Positions 51,473 to 64,000 of a stretch of 64,000 nucleotides of DNA are shown piece by piece. Position 1 is the stretch's first letter. Each line of letters begins with the position of its first letter. The DNA is taken from contig NC_043004.1 of assembly GCF_006345805.1 (NCBI RefSeq), positions 88,164,001 to 88,228,000 on the forward strand. The letters run 5' to 3'. The stretch is from Octopus sinensis. Lineage: Eukaryota. The notes beneath the pieces are model-generated. The model ran no database searches. It was given only the letters and a program-made list of their open reading frames with translations, and had not been told where the DNA came from. Both the position numbers and the translations under genes were made by a program.

Positions 51473-51803
51473 GTGGCATGGCTTAGTGGTTAGAGCGTCG
51501 AGCTTACGATCGCGAGGTTGTGAGTTCGAATCCCAGACCGGGCTGCGTGTTGTGTTCTTGAGCAAGACACTATATTTCACGTTGCTCCAGTTCACTCAGT
51601 TATAGAAATGAATTGCGACGTCACAGGTGCCAAGCTGTATCGGTCTTTGCCTTTCCCTTGGAAAACACTGGTGGCGTGGAGAGGGCAGGCCGGTATGCAT
51701 GGGCGACTGCTGGTCTTCCATAAACAACCTTGCCCGGACTTGTGCCTGGGAGGATAACTTTCTAGGTGCAATCCCACGGTCAGTCATGACCGAAGGGTGT
51801 CTC
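51473..51803 (+). mobile_element. Full-length group-C (CORE-like) SINE
   Basis: tggcttagtggttagagcg (A box), gagttcgaatccc (B box), ttcttgagcaagacac...cagttcactcag central domain; the tail gaccgaaggg.gtctc also occurs at ~3170-3196. Confidence 0.88.
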
Positions 51804-51829
51804 AACAACTCAATTTAGCGGCAATAAGA

Positions 51830-53050
51830 CAGCAAGCTGGCAAGTTCATTTTGTACTCTGGTCAAAATACTTAGCAGCATTTCGTCCGTCTTATGTTCTG
51901 AGTTGAAATTCCGCAGAGATCGACTTTACCTTTCATCCTTTCGGGATCGATAAATTAAATACCAGTTGAACACTGGGGGGGGGGGGTCGATGTAATCGAC
52001 TTACTCCTTCCTCCAAAATTACTGACTTTGTACAAAAATTTGAAACCAAGATTTAATGACATTGAAGCAATGATCTGGCAGAATCGTTGCCGCGCCAGAC
52101 AAAATGTTTAGAAGCATTTCTTCCGACTTTACGTCCTGAGTTCAAATGCTGTCGGGGTCGGCTTTGCCTTTCATTCTTTCAGTGTCAATAAAATTAGTAG
52201 CAATTGAGTACTGGGGTCGACGTAATCGATATATATATATATATATATATATATGGATATACATACAGATATATATATCGATATATATGCGCGTGTGTGT
52301 GTGTATGTGTGTGTATTTCATTCTCTTAGATATTTCTATGATTTCAATATTACATTTACTTTTATTATTTCGATATTGAGAATATATTTCTCTTTCAGTG
52401 ACACATTATGTTATCAATTCTATGCATGGAACGATTTCACGTACGATTTCTAATAACTTCCGCGATTGAGAGAGTTTCTGTGTCTACGAGAAATTCTGTT
52501 ATTGTGATCAGGTTGTTGATTGTGAAAAATTTCATAATTGTAAAGTTTCTGTTTTGGTTTTTATAATAATCCTTTCCACTAGAGGGACAGGGCCTGAAAT
52601 TTTAGGGGAGTGGTGCTAGTCGATTTTATCACCCTCAGTGATTGACTGGTGCTTATTTTATCGATCCCGAAAATAGGTAAGGCAATGTCCTAGTCAGAAC
52701 TTAAAGGCGGACAAAATACTGCTAAGCATTTCACCCGGCATGCTAAAGACTCTGCCAGCTCAAGCCTTGATTGATAATTATAATATTGGAAACTGATATG
52801 TCTTTTAATTATGATCATTTTTATGAATTTGTTAATTCTATAACTGTGATAATTTTTTTCTGTCAATGTGACTTACGTAATTATAATAAATACTTCAAAT
52901 TTGACGCGAGACCAATAATTTTAAGAGGGTGGAGGTTAGATGATTTCATCGACTGGTACTTTATTTTAGGAAACTCGAAAAGATGAAAGACAAAATTGAT
53001 CACAGTGGGGGTCTTAACTCACAACGTAAATAAATGCTGATAAGCATTGG
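51830..53050. mobile_element. Cluster of four degenerate family-B SINEs (two plus, two minus)
   Basis: Family-B blocks at ~51830, ~52068 (plus) and ~52570, ~52915 (minus). Confidence 0.75.
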
Positions 53051-53089
53051 TCGTTTTTGAATATTTGTGATTAAGTATTGATGACTGTG

Positions 53090-53930
53090 GTAAGGTAGCG
53101 CGCTGGCAGAAACGTAAGCTTGCTGGGTGAAATGCCCAGCGGTATTTCGTCTGTCTTTACGTTCTGAGTTCAAATTCTGTCGAGGTCGACTTTGCCTTTC
53201 ATCCTTTCGGGGTCAATAAATTAAGTACCAGTTGCGTACTGGTATCGATGTGATCGATTGGCCCCCTCGAAAAATTTCAGGCCTTGTGCCTAGAGTAGAA
53301 AAAAATCATTAGCACGCTAGAGGAAATGCTTCGCGACATTTCGCACGTCGCTGCGTTTTGACTTCAAATTCGATTTGACCATTAATCATTTCGGGATCGA
53401 TTAAATAAGTACCAGTTTCGTACTGGGGTCGATGTAATCGACTTAATCCCTTTTCCAAAATTTCAGGACTTGTGCTAACAGTAGAAAGGATTATTATTAA
53501 GGCGGTGAGCTGGCAGGATTGTTAGCACGTTGGGCAACATGCATAGCGGTATTTCGTCTGCCGTTACGTTCTGAGTTCAAATTCCGCCGAGGTCGACTTT
53601 GCCTTTCATCCTTTCGGGATCGATTAAATTAGTACCAGTTACGCACTGCGGTCAATGTAATCGACTTAATCCGTCTGTCTGTCCTTGTTTGTCCTCTCTG
53701 TGTTTAGCCCCTTGTGGGTAGTAAAGAAATAAGTATTTCGTCTGCTGCTTCGTTCTGAGTTCAAATTCCGCTGAGGTCGACATTACCTTTTATCTTTTTG
53801 GGGTTGATAAATTAGGTGCCAGTGAAACACTTGGATCGATGTAATCAACTAGTCCTGCTCCCAAAATTTCAGGCCTTGTGACTTTAGTAGAAAGGATTAT
53901 TTAGGCGGCGAACTGGCAGAATCTTTAGCA
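53090..53930 (+). mobile_element. Tandem array of 4-5 family-B SINE units
   Basis: Repeated gagttcaaattc...gtcgactttgcctttcatcctttcggg; internal junction aaagaaata|agtatttcg at ~53731. Confidence 0.88.
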
Positions 53931-54597
53931 TGCCGGGTAAAATAAAAATTTTCGTACCACTTTATGTTCTGACTTAAATAAAATAATTGCCTGTTGAGCA
54001 CTGAGGCCGATGTAATCAACTTACTCACCGCTACAATATTACTGGCCCCGCTCCAAAATTTGAAACCAATATTGTGACAATTGAGATTCTGATATTTGTG
54101 ATTCCTTGATTATAATTATTGTTGAGTTATTTTCGTAATTGAGATACACGTGTGATTATGAAAATTTTCTAATCCTAATATGTTACGTGATTATGGTAAA
54201 TTAGGCGATTATAATAGTCTCTTGATTTATTTGAGATTCTAATAGTTTTATAATTCGAATGATTTTTGTGAATGTCAAAATCTTTAAAACTGTCATAAAA
54301 TATGGGATTAAAAAGACTTTTATTATTATAATGTAACAAAGTCCTTAAGTATCACGCATGAACAAAATAATGAAGGAACGTATTCGAACAGGATGAATAC
54401 TGTCTTGCAAGCTATATTATATAATACAGCGCAATGTGTTTCAAAACGCGGTCATACTGACAGAGGAGAGACTGTAACGACAAACGCAGCGGGAGTGAGT
54501 AACAGTCAGAGATGCTAAATACAGGTGAATTGCAGTGAGTGATTTTCCTCATGGGCAGCTGTGTTGAATTTTCAGTACATTTATAAAGAGAATGTTA

Positions 54598-54645
54598 GTC
54601 TTACAGCTGTTTCTGGGATATTTGGCATACTCTTTCATCAGAGAC
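54598..54645 (-). ncRNA. Hammerhead motif, family H2, intact core with decayed stem II
   Basis: gtct-CTGATGA-aagagtatgccaaatatccca-GAAA-cagctg-TA-agac; perfect 4-bp stem I. Confidence 0.55.
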
Positions 54646-56647
54646 GATGTGAGAGAGTTAAATAGAGGGAAATATTAGAAGTCAATATGATGAGTTATTT
54701 TGGAAAAGGAAGCAAATAAGGAGTATATAGGGAAACAGGAGAAGGAATGTAGAACTAAATATTAAGGTGTATAAAAATGTTATAGTTTCAGTTCCATTGT
54801 CCAAGGAAAGTGGTGTGTAGAAGTGGTAGAAATGCTACTTGTTCGTGGTATGTAAATTCCAATAGGGGTTCATATTTTGTCATCACAAATGGAAAGTGTA
54901 GAGACGTAGATTCCATGTGCTGTTCATTCAAAGGTGTCTTGTGGTGTGAATGAAAATTTGAGAATGTATTAGTAGTAATAAGCGGATAGAGAGGGGAGAA
55001 GAGACGTGTATGTTAAAATAAAAACAGAGGTCAATGGAAAAGAAGGAAAGAATGAGGGAGAAAATGAAAACAAGAAGAGAAACTGAGAAAGGGAAAAAAG
55101 GAAAGTTAGCTAGTGGTTAAAATATTATGAGGGGGGGGAGGAGGAGGGGATAGGAAGAGATAAAAATGTAAGTAATGAATATGTGTGAGGTGTGAGGTGG
55201 GGTGATATGTTAGAATGACATTAAGGGATGGGTACAGAAAAAGATTTTCGAAAGTGAGTAGTAAACCACAAATTTCTTTGTTTACTTAATTTATCGTAGG
55301 GAGAATTTCGTAATAAATATGAAAATAAATTTAGAGCTACAAACACAATTACAAAAATACTCCATAGATATAGAGTTAGGAACCCGGGTCTGTGTGTATC
55401 ACGTAAGGCTAGAGATGGGAGCAATGACCTCCCCTCGCAAATACTAATCGGACACAGGCAGTTTCTCGTTAGCCAGCTAAAGGAGATTTCTTCCTGGGGC
55501 TAAAAACAACAGTAACATTGTCCTCTATGGGACTGCCACATTTAGTTGGCATACATATTTTACGATTAGGTACTGTTACTGATGACCTCTCGCTCAGAGA
55601 TTTAATATAGCTTATTTCTCCTTTTTCAAGATCAGCGACAGTTTGTCGCTGGAAAAACCATATAGTATATTACGAGTGGAATGAGTTTCCCTCACTAGCT
55701 TGTGATTATCACACACTGAAGACGGGTAACTATCCCGAGACCCGGATACAGTGTATATGTCGTTGCTCCAGTTATTATCTTGCGCCTGTCCATTGTCCAG
55801 AAATATTTTGTCACACATCTGTGACCGCTTCAGCGACACTTTTCGTTACCGTATGTCTTCTTGTTCTACTCCATTCTGTTCTTCTAAAATGTGTATCTTT
55901 ATGTGCGCAAGCGTTTGTGCGTGTTTGACTGTGTGTGGGTATGTGCGTGCGTGTGTGTCAGTTTTTAGCCCTCTTTCTCTTCCCCACTCTTCCTTCCATC
56001 CTCTTTAATACCTTCTTTCTTTCTCTCTCTCTCTCTCTCTCTCTCTTATTCTCACGTGACCTGGTCAATCCTCGGCGCCCTCTGTCTTCCACTCTCTTTA
56101 ATTCCTTCTCTCATTGTCTCTCTTTCTCTCTCTCTACCCACTTGTTACCTGCTGCTTAACAAGCCAGTTCGTTGGTGACCGCGGCCCGCTCAACATCGTT
56201 CCCCCTCTGCCGAAAAGGCAATTGTTTCCAAACACGCCTGCTAGATAAGTTATATTTGTCTCATTTTGTCTAAAGTCGTAAGACACTTGCTGTTATCCTG
56301 TTATTAACCATTCTTGTTTTTATTTTTATTTTCGTTTTTTGTATTTATATTCGTCCCTGTTGCGTTTACATTCGTTCCTTTTTCCAAGAAATCTAATGCT
56401 CACAGCTTAGTTTTTCCTTGGGGCTGGCCGCGTTGGAGCAAATATCAGAATTAATCAGCCGAAATTTGCTATGATGATCCGGTTTCTGACTGAAGATTAA
56501 AGGCTTCGAATGACCCGTCTGTTTTCTGTGTTCGTCCCTTTGTGTATTTCACGTTCTTGTTTCTTTATATATAAATTTTATTCCTATATTATTGCGGCGT
56601 ACGTACACCTCGTTCCCTTATGTATATATATATATATATATATAATA

Positions 56648-56700
<53 letters not shown>

Positions 56701-56753
56701 CATATATATATATAAATGTATATGTATAACTTTTACTCTTTTACTTACTCTTT

Positions 56754-56793
<40 letters not shown>

Positions 56794-56898
56794 GTATATA
56801 TATATATATATGTGTGTGTGTGTATGTGAGTGTATGTGTGTGTATAAGGAATTAAATGTTAAACTATTTTCTTTTCCAAATACTATCGTCCACGTAAC

Positions 56899-56992
<94 letters not shown>

Positions 56993-57532
56993 TTATCTTC
57001 TCTCTTATGATTTAGAGTCCCATCTTAAATGCTTACAATTCCTGACACTAACCTGTTTTCCCAAGATACTTGCTTTTTATTTAATGTCTTTGAAACCGCA
57101 AGTATTTGATGAGAACTTTTCAACAGGCAACTCCGATCTCAGCGATGTTTTGAAGAAATGGAAGCAAACATATTCGCGCGTGCGCACATACGCACACAAC
57201 GATGTAACTTCTGATGGTATCAAGCGACACAGGGAATGAGAGTTAGAGAATAAAATTGTTATTGTAATGCTTTATAGTTGCAATTTTTTTTCGCCTAAAT
57301 TCACTTATATATTTCAATAAATTTGGAAATTGCTTAACAGAAAAATAAAATAAGACAGCCATCATACGATTAAATGAAACGAGCAGACGACATTCAACTC
57401 GACATCAAAACATGTTGTCGCTCGTTTTAGGGGAAGATAGTTTCAAATGGAAGAAAAACGTTTAATATTTAAATTTATATATTAAAGTTCATACATACAT
57501 ACATACATACATACATACATACATACATACGT

Positions 57533-57569
<37 letters not shown>

Positions 57570-57656
57570 CATACATATTTATGAATATATATATGTGTAT
57601 ATATATGCGTATTTATATATCTATACTTATATGCATGTATATATATATATATATAA

Positions 57657-57716
<60 letters not shown>

Positions 57717-57817
57717 TTAATCCAAACATGAAAACACAAAAAGAAAACACAACAACGCGAGAACGTGGAACAAGTATAATGTTATTGGACGCTCAGGAAG
57801 GAAGAAAAGAAAGAGGA

Positions 57818-57850
57818 TTTAACGTTTCGAGCGGAGCTCTTTGTCAGAAA
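57818..57850 (-). ncRNA. Minimal hammerhead motif, H1-related
   Basis: ttt-CTGACAA-a-GAGC-tcc-GCTC-GAAA-CG-TT-aaa; CTGACAA is one CpG transition from CTGACGA; downstream ttcctgagcgt is shared with H1. Confidence 0.55.
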
Positions 57851-57957
57851 CATACGAAAAGGAAAGATCCAAAGATAGGAAGACAGAGGAAAAATAAATC
57901 GCCAACGGTACACACGCGGTCACATTTTGAATATATACATACATACATAACATACAT

Positions 57958-57992
<35 letters not shown>

Positions 57993-58025
57993 GATATATA
58001 TATATATATAATATATATATATGTA

Positions 58026-58072
<47 letters not shown>

Positions 58073-58867
58073 TACATATACATATACATATTTATAGATA
58101 TATATCTATATCTATAAGTATGTATGTGTGTTGCATGGCCGATAATATTTTCAGTAGAGACGTTACAAGCGTATCTGACAGTTCACCTGCTTCAGTTGTG
58201 TGTATGTACGTATATTTAATCTGTGATATTTAACCATGCCCTTTTCCATTATTTGACGCCCTATTTTCTATCATCAATAAAACTGCCCGCGTTTTTGACG
58301 ACACGAGTATACTAGTTATAACGTACATGAAAGGAGCGTTATTACGAGTACATAAGGGAAACTAATCACTTGCTAATTCGCTTTGTGCAATAGGTATAAC
58401 TATATTTGTAGCAACGAATTTTGCTGTTGTTATTATTCTACTCTAGGTTAGCTTCGATGGCGCAGTCTTGTTATTTGATATTAGTACTTATTCGATATTA
58501 ATACTTATTCGCTAATATGTATTGTCACATTTCACATTTAGATATTTGAATTCTTTTTGTAAGAACGGGGCTGTTTCTATCAAAAATGCAAAGTTCTATC
58601 GCTGGAATTCGGATAAAAAAATGATGAGTTTTACATGTTTAACTACTGAATATTCTTCCATAATTTTAATGTTCCGCTTACAGATTACAGTGTGCAATAA
58701 AATTTTTATTCTTGTTTGTTTTTGGTCACTAGAAATCGAAGGAAACGACTACTGTTCCCTTCAGACTTTGCTTTTGTGATATGGACATCAATGTTTTGAA
58801 ACTGACTTATTTTTCCTTTTATTTCAACCAAATTCAGCTCTGAGTTGCTGAAAAAGAAATATCCTTA

Positions 58868-59005
58868 TAGCAGATATTCTGCTCAGTAGGACAGATTTGC
58901 TTGTCAGTTGCTTAACGATAATTGCTTGAACATTTGTGATTGATTATGAGGAGGAGTGGTGGGGGAGAATCATAGCCATGTGTTGAGAGGGATTCTTTGG
59001 GGTTT
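58868..59005 (+). repeat. Internal fragment of the ~550-bp (AAT)n-associated repeat
   Basis: atattctgctca...cagatttgcttgtcagttg...catagccatgtgttgagagggattctttggggttt. Confidence 0.75.
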
Positions 59006-61211
59006 AAAACAAAAGCGAAATTTGAAGGAAATATTAGTCAGTTTTCATACTTTCTAGGGGTAATCAAATAGGAAATAATAGTTGCTAACCGAGGACAAAA
59101 ATCATGTGATACAGTGTTATATTTTTGAAGTACGTATTATTCGGTGACTGTATTTCCTCGAAAACCTTAGCTTTCTGAGATTGTCACTTAGTCATTTACT
59201 AGCAAAGTCAAGCGCATCAATAATTATATATTATATCATGCCTTGATACAGTATGGACTGAGATCTCCGTTGACTGACCGATGATATTGTCCTTCAATAT
59301 TATCTCTCTGATTTAAATCAAAAGAACTATTGATGTTTGCAGAACAGACGTTTTTTTATGACGGTACATATTCATTTCCTTTTCCATCTCAGATAACCAT
59401 ATCAAACGGCTAAGTATGCTTGCACTTAGCAGAAGTTTTGATGGGAATGTTCCTCCAATATTTCTTGTGTTGATAAAACATAGCTGTATTTAATAACAAT
59501 GTTATTCTCTATATTTATCCAAGAGCAGTCTTCTTATACATGGCATTGTGCATTGTTTTCGCAACAACAGTATACTACATTAAGTGATAGCAACTTGAAT
59601 ATCTTCAGGCAACTACAGATCTATATATAATATCTTCCACAGAAACTTGACATAATCAACATTTTCAATCGCATCTCAGGAGTTTGAGGGCTTCCCTGAC
59701 ATTTCTGTTCAGTTGGTATTTTGTAACTATTTCCTGCCTTTGGATTACAAAATTATTGCCATAGACATGTGATTATGTATGCATGTAAATATGCAAATAT
59801 TTATCTATGTATGTTCTTGTTTCATTAAAAAAAGAAAGAATTCTCACAAATACAGGAAGAGCCATTTTCCAACAAAGAACAAAGCTATTTCATTTAAATT
59901 TAAGTAACATAGGCTGTCAACATTCTATCTATACACACATTTCCGAGCCTGTCTGCATGTCTGCACGTCATCCCACGTGCTCACTTATGTTTTGGTACAG
60001 CTAGAATTGTTTTCTTCGTATGGGCTAAATTCAGGAAACGTTTTAGATATTTTCAGTTTCATCAGGTGGTTTGTAATGGTAATTTCCTTTTTAGCATTCT
60101 GACATTCTGAAGTCTAGTTCACCACCACTACCACCACCATCACCACCACCACCACCACCACCATATCTCAAAACAAAAAAAAAATGGCAAGGGCTTAAAA
60201 TTTACAAATTTATTTTTGTCTTTCACCTTTAACATACGTATCGACTGCAAGAAGATGACCAAGTTTATTTTAAAATTTCATGGTCGATGTGGAATAAGAA
60301 AATAATAATCTTCGAAATTTCGAGTTTGGATGCTTCTTCAGAACCCGATAGACAACCTCGGACCCCGCCACAAGAATACGCAGAGTTCTTTTATAATCTA
60401 AATAACATTGTTAACCTGATAAACTAACAGAACGTTTTTCCTGAATTGATGACCCTTCAATAATAGTTCGCTCTGTCTCCATGTGTGTGTGTGTGTGTGT
60501 TTGAGTCTAACTTTATTATCAAAGCTGCAACAATATCACAAAAACATCATAAAAAGCTTCACTAAAAACATTACAAAAAATATCACAAAAAACTTCTCAG
60601 AGTTTCAGGTTCCCGTTCGTCGGGCAGTTGTGATCTAGAATGGAATAAAAAAATTGGGTTATACTTATATTTTATATTATGTTGTAATTCACGTTGACAG
60701 ATACACATCTGAATTTGATTGGCCGTTTCAACTAACGGATCATTTTTTTAAAGCGGTAAATATGAATAATAAAATAACAATAAAAATAAAAATTAAAAGG
60801 CATAAATATCGTGTTGTATAAAATTAAAGAAAACCTTCAATCAAAAATAAATTTCTAGTTTAAAAAGAGAACATACATGCCCAGAGTAAGTTAATTAATG
60901 GTAAATAAGTTTAATTAATATAACTGTAAATCTGTTTAAAACAAACAAAAAACCTTAAATTTAGGAAAGTTCATAGATATTGATAAAAACAGTGACGGGT
61001 TTCTTTTTATTTCAGCAACTCATACACACACATACACATAAAAATATAAGATTATATACACATAGGCATACATACAAAAAGACAGATGCAATATATACAT
61101 ATTATATACAAACACACATTCACATACAGAACACATACATACTTATATATATATATATATAATATATATATATATAAATGCACATATACGTATACATATA
61201 TATATATATTC

Positions 61212-61243
<32 letters not shown>

Positions 61244-61760
61244 GTATATGTGTGTGTGCATGTGTATAATATATACACCTACATATATACATACACCCAT
61301 ACACATACATATAAACACATAAACATACATACCCACATAAAACATTCACTTACAGAGATCTATATGCATAAATACATAGACACACGTTATTCACATACAT
61401 ACAAACGCATAAATACATCATTTATACTGCACACACTATATATAAACATATACATACTTATATATATGCGAACACATACAGAAGCTGAAAGATACATACA
61501 TACATACATACATACATACATACATACATACGTACATACATACATACATACAAACATACATACATACATACATACATACATACATACATACATACATACA
61601 TGCATGTAAACAAATATTCCCTGTTGTTGATGTTGAAATTCCGATGAAGGAGCCTTGGGTCCAGGTTAGAAACTGGTTCTATCTCTATTGGCAAGAAATC
61701 TTGAAATAAACTGAATAATGACATACATATAAACATATACAGGCGAACATGCATATATAC

Positions 61761-61838
<78 letters not shown>

Positions 61839-62274
61839 TATACTAATGTTTATACAGATATGTACACACGCGCATATATATATACATAATACGCGTCTAA
61901 CACGCACATTTACAATTGCTAGTTAAATAAAAAAGAAAAGATAAAAGAACAAAAAACGACAACAAATAAGTGATAGTGACTGGGGAAGAAGAGAGAATAG
62001 AAAATCGTTTGAATTTTGACATTGTAGCTTTCATAAGATTTTCGAGTAGGAAAAAGCGAAAGAAAAATACAAAGAAGAGATACAATTAAACTAACGTGTG
62101 TGTATACTCATTCCCATATGCGCACACATAGATAAACGTGCATAAAATACCCACATAAATACATATACACACACGTACACACACGCATACATATATATAT
62201 ATATAAACATAAACACACACATATATAAACATAAATACATATATATAGTACATACATACATATATATATGTATA

Positions 62275-62338
<64 letters not shown>

Positions 62339-62439
62339 CATACATATATAATACAGATATACATACATACATTATGCATTCACAAAATATATGCGCATAC
62401 GGATATATGCACACAACTACCTGTCTGGTGTGTTTAATA

Positions 62440-62828
62440 TTCTTTTACTTGTTTCAGTCATTTGACTGCGTCCAATCTGGAGCACCGACTTTTGTCGAAC
62501 AAATTGACCCCTAGGACTCATTCTTTGTAAGCCTAGTACTTAGTTAATCGGTCTCTTTTGCCGAATCGTTACGTTACGGGAACATAAAGACACCAGCATC
62601 GGTTGTTAAGCGATGGTGGGCGAACAAACACAGCAACACACACACACAAGTAAATACATATATAAAAATATATACGAGGGGTTCTTCCAATTTCCGTATA
62701 CTAAATCCATTCACAAGGCTTTGGTCGGCCCGAGACTATAGTAGAAGACACCTGCCCAAAGTGCCATGCAGTGGGACTGAACCCAAAACCATGTGGTTGG
62801 GAAGAAATCTTCTTACCTCACAGCCACA
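62440..62828 (-). mobile_element. Family-A SINE
   Basis: Full reverse-complement match from tail to head. Confidence 0.88.
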
Positions 62829-63388
62829 ACAATATAAAAATTGTTGAAAGAAGGAATGAAGTAATTCAATTTCTGAGGTGTAGATGAAGTGGAGCGAAAT
62901 AAAAATCAATTATGAAATTAAAGTGAAAGTAATAAAAACATTATTTTATGTTATATAAACTTGAATATGAGTAATCTTTATATGAAGAAATTAAAGCCGA
63001 CTTCGGCGGAATTTAGATCAGTACTGAGCGACGGCTGAAATATCGCTAAACACTTTGCCCAGCTCGCTGAAGGCTCTGCCAGCAAATGTTGCCTTATTAA
63101 CAATAATGATAAAGATAAATAAATATAATAATAGTAAGATAATTAAGCAACAATAATTTTAAAAATAACTAAAAAATCCATTCGGATATTCGATATGTTT
63201 AAAACATATTTTGGGCGATATGTTCTTTTTTATGTGTGCATAAATCAGCATTGAAAGGTTTTATAAGCGAAATTGCGATATAAAAAAAGCTTTCATATGG
63301 TTTATAAAAGGGTGCATTTAAGAGTAAAAGTTACAATAAAATAAACATAAAAATAAAAATTAAAAATATAGTTTGTATCCAATGGAAG

Positions 63389-64000
63389 GTTTTCTTGAAA
63401 GGTGAAAATATAAAATTAATGTTACACAAAGTGATACCGGTTTAAGTGAGAAAAAGTCAAATTGAAGTGCGAAATCGATGTTATCCGTACGGTATTTTTC
63501 CGCTCGACATTTTATGTTTCGTGGCGTGTCTGTAGGAAATTAAATGTTACAACCTTTGGTTCAAGGCATATTTATCCTGGAAAGGGATGAAAAATTATTC
63601 AGTCAGGTACAAATTGCACCTTATTGAGCCTTTACACGTTCCATGTATATATGGTACTGGAGGATTTCGAAAGCACGGGTATTTCTTTATTTCAACTGCC
63701 AGACATGTTTAGCGAGGCTTGTTGCTGGTCCTATTTTCAGCGTATCGAAATGAATTTTGATGGGAATATAGCCTTGTCTTGAAGGAATTTTCCGTGTTCC
63801 CTATATATGTCTTATATGTTTGTGAGCCATCTATTTGCACCTTAGCTCTATATAGTATATCATTTTCCAGACAATTTCCTCCCAACGGACATCAACTTTT
63901 ATGGGTGACATTGATTTCGTTTTTGAATTTGATTTTTTTTCACTTAAACCGACATCACTTTGTATAACATTCATTTTACATTTTCGCCTTTCAAGAAAAC
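63389..64000. mobile_element. Long-TIR element (MITE or DNA transposon derivative) running off the window
   Basis: 63389-63489 is an imperfect reverse complement of 63901-64000. Confidence 0.7.

Overview
AT-rich animal non-coding DNA (intergenic or large intron), very rich in microsatellites. The repeat landscape suggests a coleoid cephalopod such as Octopus; this is inferred, not proven. No host protein-coding exon can be supported, and nearly all ORFs in the supplied track are translated microsatellites. Recognisable content: (1) a near-intact IR/DR-type Tc1 DD34E transposon (20268-21915) with one nonsense codon; (2) a 5'-truncated Tx1/L1-clade LINE (about 31704-33890) whose YADD motif is replaced by a templated 8-nt filler; (3) remnants of RTE, CR1-like, R4/Dong-like, mariner-like and Helentron-associated elements; (4) three abundant tRNA-derived SINE groups, several with target-site duplications (TSDs). 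The most notable layer is a set of minimal type-I hammerhead ribozyme (HHR) motifs with palindromic stem III, as seen in Penelope-like elements: at least 8 copies in 4 sequence families. One copy has an intact catalytic core with a GUC cleavage triplet (34955-35001, minus strand). Two copies belong to a composite tRNA-head/(AAT)n/hammerhead element arranged as a head-to-head inverted pair (43881-46088). Apparent SINE-LINE tail partnerships are also visible. All alignments and folds were done by eye; SINE boundaries are approximate.
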